A stretch of 43,310 nucleotides of DNA from a virus (taxonomy: Duplodnaviria; Caudoviricetes), in IMG/VR virus record IMGVR_UViG_3300049594_000171, positions 1 to 43,310 of that record, one strand, 5' to 3'. The notes beneath the pieces are model-generated. The model worked only from the letters and a program-made list of their open reading frames with translations. It did not search any database and had not been told where the DNA came from. The position numbers and the translations under genes are program-made. Below, one piece after another: positions 28,998 to 36,685 of this stretch (position 1 is the stretch's first letter; the number at the start of each line of letters is the position of its first letter).

Positions 28998-29156
28998 TTA
29001 TACCTCAACCTTCATAAATAGAAGGTACTTACGATAAGGGTAACGACGGCGCTGAGCGATTGTATAATCTTTAGCATCTTTAAATGTATTAAAATACGCA
29101 AAAATATTCTCACCCTCTACTTCCGTTATTACCATGTACTTTCGTAAGAAATTCAT
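28998..29156 (-). CDS. intron-3-encoded 52-aa ORF between the two P7 strands (not in ORF track)
   Basis: MNFLRKYMVITEVEGENIFAYFNTFKDAKDY...; fills the insertion absent from intron 2. Confidence 0.6.
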   Translation of the reverse strand: MNFLRKYMVITEVEGENIFAYFNTFKDAKDYTIAQRRRYPYRKYLLFMKVEV

Positions 29157-29274
29157 TTAGTGCCCTTTCGATAGTCGTTGCACCTTACTTTCGCTAAAGT
29201 CTTGGCTCAGGATTGTCTATTGTGTAATAAATAGGTGTCCCCTGAATTCACTCTCTTTTACTTCCGCCTTTATA

Positions 29275-29293
29275 ACGGAAGTGTCATAACATT
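29275..29293 (-). CDS. RNAP micro-exon 3 (19 nt; NVMTLP + first nt of Y)
   Basis: AAT GTT ATG ACA CTT CCG T; matches T7 motif B SVMTLAY. Confidence 0.9.
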
Positions 29294-30008
29294 CACGTTG
29301 TTAAGGATACTCGCGAGGTACCCCCTTTAAACATTGGCAAATTCACCGTATCTTTCTCTAGCTACTTCACAATATTTCTCATAAGCAGTTGTAGGATTGT
29401 TAAAGAAACCTAAAAACTTATTACGACCATCAATTTTTATTTGTGCAACCCATTTTTGTTTTTGTTTATGCCAACAAACACCTTTGTAACCACTCTTATT
29501 ATTGCTCTGGGCAACACGATTAAAGTGATTTTGTTGATGCGTACATAATCTCAGGTTTTCAATCCTATTATCATTGCGAATACGATTAATGTGATCAATT
29601 GAGAGTCCATCTGGTATAGGACCAAAGTGCATCTCCCAAATAATACGATGAATTCTTACAGACTTTCTATCGATATAAACACAACGATAACCATCGTTGG
29701 TCTCATATCCTACATCACCAGTCTTGCTGGAATCTTTCCAGAAAAGTTGGCCGTTGTCATAAATGAACAGATTATTATAATCCATGTCTTTTCTCCAAGT
29801 TTAAAGCTGCATATCACTATGCAGGTCAGACTATATCATCATACAGCGGTTCTGCTATACGGAGAGCGCTTCCACCAGGCTTCCGGTGTACTCCCTTACG
29901 GGATAGTCGTTGCACCTTACTTTTGCTTTCGCTAAAGTCTTGGCTCAGGATTGTCTATTAAATAGGTGTCCCCTGAATTCACTCTCTTTTATAAGCGCCA
30001 TGTTATTA
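29294..30008 (-). mobile_element. group I intron 2 of RNAP (715 nt)
   Basis: P1 UAAGCGU/GCGCUUA, P10 UAACAU/AUGUUA, P7 strands, terminal G. Confidence 0.92.
29327..29785 (-). CDS. intron-encoded HNH-AP2 homing endonuclease
   Basis: HRIIW...IDHINRIRNDNRIENL...N; SGYKGV AP2 domain. Confidence 0.9.
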   Translation of the reverse strand: MDYNNLFIYDNGQLFWKDSSKTGDVGYETNDGYRCVYIDRKSVRIHRIIWEMHFGPIPDGLSIDHINRIRNDNRIENLRLCTHQQNHFNRVAQSNNKSGYKGVCWHKQKQKWVAQIKIDGRNKFLGFFNNPTTAYEKYCEVARERYGEFANV

Positions 30009-30380
30009 ACGCTTAGCTATCTTCCTTCTTTCTTTCTGACTAGTTACACGATTCCAAAAGACAACTCCAGCATCGTCCATGATAGCCTCATTTGTCTCTT
30101 TGAATTTCTTTATCTCATCTATTAGTTCTTTGCGTCGCTCACTCGCTATCGGAGCCTCTTTGATCTGGTTCTTTAAGTCTATTATAGTGTCAATTGTTTT
30201 GTTTGCCCATTTGATTCGATCTTTAGGAATCCTGTCCTGTTTGATCGCTAGATTAGTCCAGACGTGTTCAGCGATATATGCGTACAAATCTCCAGGTAAT
30301 TCTGAAGGTACGAGATTTACATGTGGTGCAGTTATTTCATCACGTACGAGTGCGGACAGATGTTGCGCACCGTTATTAGA
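30009..30380 (-). CDS. T7-like RNA polymerase exon 2
   Basis: SNNGAQHLSAL...VNL...DLY...RKIAKR. Confidence 0.93.
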
Positions 30381-31158
30381 CATTTATCTTCAGAGATGTT
30401 CGTTAAGCACCTCTCGCTTGGCGGCAATCAGATATGCGTCCAACTCTTTCCCACACGTATTGAATAAATACATCCACAAGATACTCCGTATAGTTTCCCA
30501 ATAGCTGTATTTCCTAAACCTTCTTTGATAAGGTTTCTTATTTCTAGGATATCGCTGTTTTTTAATTTCACAGGACGTCCTGCGGTACGCGACTCACCTA
30601 TGGTGTGTAAGCCAGTTTTAAAAGCATGTCTATGATTGTCACCAATAGTTAACCACTCTAAATTTTCAACACAATTATTTGTTTTAATACCATCTTTATG
30701 ATTTACAGTTAACAGCTCTAAGGGGTTTGGTATAAATGCGATAGCAACAAGTCTATGTACCTTCTTTGTATAGCTCTCACTATGAAACCAAAGTGTAACC
30801 AATTCATATCCATCTTTATCTATTCGAGGTTTTATAACAGTAGCACGCTTATTACTGTACACTACACCTGTATCTGATATCAAATATTGTCCTGCGAATC
30901 CTTCTATTTCACGATAATTTACCATTCAAAAACTCCTTTTAACTTTCAAAGCTGCCGCCAAGCAGCTGCATATTACTATGCAGATGAGACTATATCTTCA
31001 CCCTTTGCAAGGTGTCTTGTGCTTCCACTGGACTTCCAGTGTACGCCTGTTAAGGCTAGTCGTTACACCTATAACCCTCTTTAAGATGGTTATTTGGCTC
31101 GGTATTGTCCCGTAGGAGTTCCACCGAATTCACAAGATTTAAAGACAGCTACTAATTA
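30381..31158 (-). mobile_element. group I intron 1 of RNAP (778 nt)
   Basis: Interrupts motif A DG|SNNG; starts TAA, ends G; P7 strands; 11-bp stem (30416-30426/30953-30963) encloses the ORF. Confidence 0.92.
30428..30925 (-). CDS. intron-encoded NUMOD4-HNH homing endonuclease (I-HmuI-like)
   Basis: Y.ISDTG.V.S, VHRLVA.AFIPN, VNHKDG.K.NN...NLEW...N..H, C-terminal HTH. Confidence 0.92.
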   Translation of the reverse strand: MVNYREIEGFAGQYLISDTGVVYSNKRATVIKPRIDKDGYELVTLWFHSESYTKKVHRLVAIAFIPNPLELLTVNHKDGIKTNNCVENLEWLTIGDNHRHAFKTGLHTIGESRTAGRPVKLKNSDILEIRNLIKEGLGNTAIGKLYGVSCGCIYSIRVGKSWTHI

Positions 31159-32343
31159 ACCGTCTACGAACACCTCAAGTTGCGACTCATAGTTGAAATT
31201 GTCGATATCCACATCTTTCAAATTCAACTGCCAGGTTCTTAGTTTAAACAATTCAATACAAGCAGCAATGAATTGCCAAGGCTTATCAGCTGTCATCCAC
31301 CCTTGATTTACTTTAGGGTTAGCAGCGTAACTAAGAATAATCTCCTCATTATCAAGAACCCATTCGAATCTGTCTTTAAGTGGAATTTTATCCGACTTCA
31401 ATCCATCATCTCTTCCACAATCTCCGGCCCAGTTATTAGCGATGCTAACACAAAGCCAGAAGAAACCATTCTTTCCTATCGGTTTTCTATCTTCACGGAG
31501 TAATAGACCTTTAGCGTAATCGCTACCTTGCTCGTGTAGAAATGCTGTGTTTGCATAGATTCTACCACGAAAGTCTGTCGTATATAAATGATAGAATGTC
31601 TTGTGTAGAAAACGCTTTGCTATGCTTCCGATAGTTTGTGCTTCTCTTTGTTTAGTTGCGCGAGCCTCAGCATTGTGCTGGCTCCAGATGTCATTAAAAG
31701 CTTGTGTCTTATTTCTTAATGCCCAAACAGATAGTTCATACACATTAAAATTTATCTGCCACCCTGTTTTCATTTTTCTATTTAATACGTTAAAAATGAT
31801 TGGATGTGTCTCAGGTAGGAGTGCATTAAGAACCTCTGAACTTTCTGTCTTAACGAGTGGAATGCCTGTTACATGATACGCGGTTTCCCATGGAGCGTAT
31901 GGCTCAGTAGATGGTAATTTTTCAGTTACATTGAATACGATAGAGTTGTAAAGCATCTCTAATACATCTTCTTTTAGTACAGTGAAGATGTATGTACCAT
32001 GACCTCCATTACCGCTACTCAATAGAACATGACCTATTCCACACTTCTCAAATGTGTATAGAATAAAAGCGCCTGTTCTAGCAGCCAAGGCGGAATTGCG
32101 TTTCTGTTTAGTCTTATTTCGAATAGTATGTCCGATAGCGCATATTACTTCTACCATTAAGGCAGGCTTCTTTTGTTTATTTCGTGAATGAAGAAATATA
32201 ACAGCAGTTGCTATGTCTATCATTGTTTCAATGGACATCTTTTCCGATGACACAATTGTTTTTAAAAAACTAACAGGATTCTGTGGTGCTAGCTCAGACA
32301 CCAACCTTTCTTTTAATGAATCAATTAGTATTTTTTTGTTCAT
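31159..32343 (-). CDS. T7-like RNA polymerase exon 1
   Basis: DFRGRIY, QGSD..KGLL, ADKPWQFIA; ends VFVDG. Confidence 0.93.
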
Positions 32344-32578
32344 CTGATACCCTTATTTGTGATACTTACTTAAAAAGCTTAACAGTTATAAAGATAGCTG
32401 TTATTAATGCTACTATTACTAGATACTTTGCTAATAGACCGAATGCTAGCAGTCCTAGAAAGAGTTTAAAAAAACCTGACATGTATTATTTTACCCAGAC
32501 GACAACTCTACGGGCATATACTTCCAGTTATCTTATGTCATACGAAACCTCCTAAAAAGAAAAAAATAAAGGAGAAGA

Positions 32579-32598
32579 AACCGCCCCGAAGGGCGGTT
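32579..32598 (-). terminator. intrinsic terminator
   Basis: AACCGCCC-TTCG-GGGCGGTT followed by a T-rich tract. Confidence 0.8.
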
Positions 32599-32617
32599 GT
32601 GTTCTCTAGGTGTTACT

Positions 32618-32902
32618 TTATTTTGCTGCCGGTGATTCTTTCGAGCATTCCGATTCTTTTTCCGATTTTTTATTAGCAAAGAGGAATAGCGTGGCGAACA
32701 TCAGAATGAACACCAGCGTCGCTAGTATAAAACTTTTACTCCCTGCTAGTGTGATCAGTGCACTGGCTAGAGATACCCCTACTACTGTCGGAAAGACTAT
32801 CAGCATTATAGTTGCAATGCTTCCAAATACGATGATTGGAAAGACTGTAAAGCTGATCACCATTGCCAATGCAAGCGCGAGGTAAGATACTAGTTTTCTC
32901 AT
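32618..32902 (-). CDS. small integral membrane protein
   Basis: AAGGAG RBS; long hydrophobic stretch. Confidence 0.75.
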   Translation of the reverse strand: MRKLVSYLALALAMVISFTVFPIIVFGSIATIMLIVFPTVVGVSLASALITLAGSKSFILATLVFILMFATLFLFANKKSEKESECSKESPAAK

Positions 32903-32917
32903 TTTTAAATCTCCTTT

Positions 32918-33031
32918 TTACTTGGTTGATGAAATTAGCTGAAGAGCCTCTTCGTACGTCGTAGCATATCCTACGATAAATCCACTATGATCCAGAACTG
33001 TGAATCCAACACTTGAACGAAATACAGACAT
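32918..33031 (-). CDS. 37-aa ORF (not in ORF track)
   Basis: AGGAG RBS; MSVFRSSVGF...ATTYEEALQL. Confidence 0.55.
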   Translation of the reverse strand: MSVFRSSVGFTVLDHSGFIVGYATTYEEALQLISSTK

Positions 33032-33362
33032 TATAGTCTCCTAAACATAAGGTTTGAAACATGAGAGGCTCTCAGTGCTCTCGGTACTGCTTAAATACTC
33101 TAATTGATTAAAGTATTTAAGGTTAGATCCTACGGTGTTTTGTAAGATCCTGCCCTACACTGAATAAGACTGGTTTGCGCGCTCAGTGCTCCGACGCTGC
33201 TGTTAAATAATTCTATCTAGATTACCATATATGCCAGTCGCATATTACTCTCATCTAGAAAGCCTTATTAATAAAACCATATAACTTACACCCGAAGGTT
33301 AAGGTCATATAGCCCAAGCCTACCTATAAGGTCAGTTGACTTGTGTCTCTGAAATAGCTATT

Positions 33363-33628
33363 GTGTTATAATATACTAAAAAATAAATGGGGACTTTACT
33401 TCTCGTTAGCACACATGGTAGATCCCCAGCCTCCATGCTAAAGTCTAACCTAACCTATTTAGTCCATAGGTGGACCTATTTAACCCATAGGTGGGGTGTT
33501 ATAATATACTAAAAAATAAATGGGGACTTTACTTCTCGTTAGCACACATGGTAGATCCCCAGCCTCCATGCTAAAGTCTAACCTAACCTATTTAGTCCAT
33601 AGGTGGACCTATTTAACCCATAGGTGGG
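33363..33628. repeat. 133-bp near-perfect tandem duplication
   Basis: Units start at 33363 and 33496; third diverged copy at about 33761-33874. Confidence 0.95.
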
Positions 33629-33885
33629 TGTTTCTGCTGCTATATAATTGCGACAGTCAGCAGTTATGGCTGAACAGTCTAGATGGGTCGTCATCATAAC
33701 ATGACGTCGCTGTTTCCTCTAAGCGGCCAGCGCAGGCCTTGTTACTAATTTATGATTTAATAGGGACTTTACTTCTCGTTAGCACATATACCGGATCCCT
33801 AGTTCGGTATACTAAAGTCTAACCTAACCTATTTAGTCCATAGGTGGACCTATTTAACCCATAGGTGGGGTGTTTGAGTCTCCTC
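33363..33885 (-). ncRNA. candidate structured ncRNA with three copies of a pseudoknotted module
   Basis: Compensatory changes between copies, no long ORF, motif A immediately upstream. Confidence 0.55.
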
Positions 33886-33910
33886 ATATAAGATACTGCG
33901 CTTTGCGCAG
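33885..33910 (-). promoter_or_regulatory. putative phage promoter, motif A
   Basis: CTGCGCAAAGCGCAGTATCTTATATG. Confidence 0.65.
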
Positions 33911-34045
33911 ATTCTACCATTATTTGCGCAGTAGCTTATATGATTTGGACTAGGATCCCATAGGTATATCTCCCTTAGGTTTGTCCAACCTTCTTTCGTT
34001 CACGCATCACTCAGGATTTCACCTTGAGTTTCGTCGGCATGTCAG

Positions 34046-34450
34046 CTAGGGATTGTTGCCCAGCTGAGATCCTATTTGGTTCCCGATCCACGTTTTTAGG
34101 TCTTCGTGATAGACCTTCGCGTCTATGACGCCTACAGCATCCATCTGTTTCTTTTGACGCCAGGCCAGATTAGCCTTTTGATTCCCAATTGCCAACTTGA
34201 AGATCTTCAATGCTTCCTTGTAAGAAGCAAAGGAACACTGGTTCATCCCGTCGTCATAGTTAAACTTACGGTCGACGCTCAACCTATCTTCGGACAGATA
34301 TACTCGATACACCCGATCTTCATCGACCGTAAGTATCAGTGTGTCTTCCCGCAAAGGACAAAAGAAACTGCGGAGTGTTACTTCTTTCATCTGAAGCTCC
34401 TGTTGTACATGAAGTATCGAGTACGCGCCCTCGATTAAGGCGACATTCAT
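34046..34450 (-). CDS. hypothetical early protein
   Basis: 134-aa ORF. Confidence 0.7.
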   Translation of the reverse strand: MNVALIEGAYSILHVQQELQMKEVTLRSFFCPLREDTLILTVDEDRVYRVYLSEDRLSVDRKFNYDDGMNQCSFASYKEALKIFKLAIGNQKANLAWRQKKQMDAVGVIDAKVYHEDLKTWIGNQIGSQLGNNP

Positions 34451-34475
34451 TTATACTACCTGTCGGTAGTTGGGA

Positions 34476-34766
34476 TTAGCGACCGCCAACCACTTTGATT
34501 TTAGAGATATCAAAGAGGCATTTCTTAGACCGCTTGCCATCGGGATTGTACTCACCTAGATAGCCGGTGACTTCAATCATTGCACCGATTGCCATTTTAC
34601 CGAAGATTTTGCAATCATCTTCGAAATCCCTTTGGCGAAGCAACATGTGTTCTTTCACCACAGATTGTGTTCCCACAACCTTAGGAGATTCTAGAACAAG
34701 TGAAACTTCACCACTCCGATATTCCACATCTCGGATTCGCCCTATAAGGGTAGTTTTTCTACACAT
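34476..34766 (-). CDS. small OB-fold (SSB-like) protein
   Basis: TLIGRI...G.MIEVTGYL pattern. Confidence 0.55.
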   Translation of the reverse strand: MCRKTTLIGRIRDVEYRSGEVSLVLESPKVVGTQSVVKEHMLLRQRDFEDDCKIFGKMAIGAMIEVTGYLGEYNPDGKRSKKCLFDISKIKVVGGR

Positions 34767-34853
34767 TTTATTTCCTTTCAGTAAGATTTCAGTAGGATTT
34801 CAGTAAAATTAAAAATCCACTCTCGGTTGTTCAATAACAACCGGCAGAGGACT

Positions 34854-35093
34854 CTAATATCCACCACAATAGTGACAGACATCAGACTCATACTTCCCTA
34901 CTGTCCAGAAACGTTCTGGACCATTAGGGCAAGTACACCTCGGAAGTGGTGGTGGAGGTGGAATGCGCTGCATAACACACTCTTCCCAGGAGGCGATATT
35001 TCCTCCACACCATCCGATGGCCTCGCAGCCTTCGCATTCTTTCATCATACGTACCCCCCCTTTCTCATGCGTACTCCCAGTGATGATGCACAA
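34854..35093 (-). CDS. small Cys-rich protein
   Basis: CEGC, C.C and CHYC; start uncertain. Confidence 0.5.
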   Translation of the reverse strand: MCIITGSTHEKGGVRMMKECEGCEAIGWCGGNIASWEECVMQRIPPPPPLPRCTCPNGPERFWTVGKYESDVCHYCGGY

Positions 35094-35379
35094 ATCCCCT
35101 TACTTCTCCTTCTTTTGCAGGAGCGGGAACAGATACCGGCATTGCTATCAGCGGTGCATCATCTCTAGCCGCTAACGCAACAGCTACGTGTGCCGGAAAC
35201 ACCCCGGCAACCAGGTCGTAGCCCTCACTCAGTTCCAGTATCTCGTTTGCTGCTTCTTCTCCAAAGGCTGAAAACGTGAAGTTGATCTGGGTGATCTCAA
35301 GCCCTTCTTCTTCGCCTGCTTGCAGGTTAAGGACTTGTTCCCGTGTCATCATATGACGGGATAACCATAAGACTTTCAT
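35065..35379 (-). CDS. hypothetical early protein, Csx15/Csx16-like motifs
   Basis: AAGGAG RBS; WLSRH.MT.EQ and DLVAGVFPAHVA. Confidence 0.6.
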   Translation of the reverse strand: MKVLWLSRHMMTREQVLNLQAGEEEGLEITQINFTFSAFGEEAANEILELSEGYDLVAGVFPAHVAVALAARDDAPLIAMPVSVPAPAKEGEVRGFVHHHWEYA

Positions 35380-35419
35380 TTCGTGCTCCTTTCGAGAGTA
35401 TTTGTTAGAATTGCTTCTT

Positions 35420-35445
35420 CATATAAGATGCTAATTATTGCGCTG
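35420..35445 (-). promoter_or_regulatory. putative phage promoter, motif A
   Basis: CAGCGCAATAATTAGCATCTTATATG. Confidence 0.65.
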
Positions 35446-35540
35446 TTTTTATTTCAACCCTTTCCCCTTATTTGGAATTACACTAATAAAACCACTATCC
35501 AAAAAATTTACCACAAATATACTACACCTCCATATCACCA

Positions 35541-35555
35541 AACCCGTTAAATTAA
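35541..35555 (+). promoter_or_regulatory. motif B AACCCGTTAAATTAA
   Basis: Exact copy facing the terminase operon. Confidence 0.55.
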
Positions 35556-35980
35556 AGAAATTTTACTCTAGTTAGTTTAGTCTTTTATAATATAAACAGA
35601 CAAGAGTCTCTTACTCATTCGAAACTCTATAGGAATAATATAGACGGTTAGCACCGTCGGTTAGATTTCCTAGCACACGTTTCCGGAGTGAAGTGAGCTA
35701 ACAGATGGTAAACTTAAAACTCTAAATAAAAAGATTTTTATTAAACGTTAGGTCTGTCATTCGACTTAAACCTTGTCTAGTGCCTACGGTTAGTTATAAT
35801 ATCTAAGTCGTAAAATCTGCTACCCATTCATTGCCTTCTATCACAATTAACTATTAGCTATCATCCAGCAGACTATTTCTCATTGTGTCTTTTGTTATTT
35901 TGTGTACTGGTAGTGTACACAAGAAAGAGTGTGTTGGAAAGTGTTGAGGTGATTGTTGTGTGTTTGTTGAGGGTGTGGAA

Positions 35981-36121
35981 AGGTTATAGTGGATATGGTT
36001 AGTCTGTTGTTATTTGAATAACTGTTATTTGTGTGATTATTGAATTTGTGCAGAGGTTATAGTGACCACGGTTAGTTTGTCGACTCTTGAATAACTGCTA
36101 TTTGTGTGATTATTGAATTTG
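35981..36121. repeat. imperfect 68-bp direct repeat, period 73
   Basis: 35981-36048 and 36054-36121. Confidence 0.85.
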
Positions 36122-36234
36122 CAGTAAATTGGGTTATTTTCTTTTTGTCTGCTGTAAAGGGATGTACACTAATAATTAGGATTATTATGTGTCCAATAAA
36201 GTTATAGTTTCAACGGTTAGGTTAAAATAAACAA

Positions 36235-36669
36235 ATGAACACTGAAGATTTCGGTACAGGAAATATCCAACCGAAGGTGGATCCTGCTTTTAATAGAGCA
36301 ACTAGAAGTGTAGCTTATAGTAAGAAAGCAATTAGTAAGTTAGCATCATTAGGATTTGATCCGTTAGAAGAAATGGTTAAGTGTCACAGGAATATAACGG
36401 AACAGATAGCTAGACAGAAATATTTTCAAAAGCTACAGGATGAAGGTCTTAAAGCTACTGGTGGTAAATTTAGTGGAATGATGTTAGCTACTTTACTTGC
36501 TGCTGAAGAAAAGTTATTAAATGATGTGTTACCTTATGCTTACTCCAAAGTACCAATTGATAACAGTGTAACTGATCCAGATCTTCCACCTCTAATTGTG
36601 AATTTGACCAAGAAGGGTGATGTGTATGAGATCAATCCTGTTGAGAAGATATTGTCTGAGGATTATTAA
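36235..36669 (+). CDS. putative terminase small subunit
   Basis: L..LGFDP.EEM...LPY.Y.K pattern; first gene of the operon upstream of TerL. Confidence 0.55.
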   Translation: MNTEDFGTGNIQPKVDPAFNRATRSVAYSKKAISKLASLGFDPLEEMVKCHRNITEQIARQKYFQKLQDEGLKATGGKFSGMMLATLLAAEEKLLNDVLPYAYSKVPIDNSVTDPDLPPLIVNLTKKGDVYEINPVEKILSEDY

Positions 36670-36685
36670 GATATGAGTAATTACT

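Larger units (their letters stand above)
27981..29274 (-). mobile_element. group I intron 3 of RNAP (1294 nt, three cargo ORFs)
   Basis: P1 CUUCCGU/GCGGAAG; core near-identical to intron 2; GUGGUGGC/GCCACCAC stem encloses the 3' ORFs; terminal G. Confidence 0.9.

Noticed and set aside
26847-32343. RNAP as a fragmented pseudogene or multi-subunit split enzyme
   Set aside because: All breaks have group I splice signatures and rejoin in frame
32533-32552. Strong GGAGG followed by ATG ACA TAA
   Set aside because: Two-codon ORF with no continuation; cannot distinguish a remnant from chance
870-32885. Many plus-strand ORFs in the track (e.g. 1697-2161, 5341-5817, 14721-15086, 30079-30504)
   Set aside because: Antisense shadows of well-supported minus-strand genes, with no motifs
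33364-33372. Extended -10 promoter TGTTATAAT on the plus strand in two repeat copies
   Set aside because: No properly spaced -35, absent from the third copy and antisense to local genes; possible but not supported enough to call
33385-33450. Twister, pistol or hammerhead ribozyme call
   Set aside because: Short resemblances exist (UCCCCAGCC, GUUAAAUAG) but element order does not fit, and there is no CUGANGA/GAAA core
33363-33874. CRISPR array
   Set aside because: Repeats are over 100 nt with no unique spacers of regular length and no cas genes
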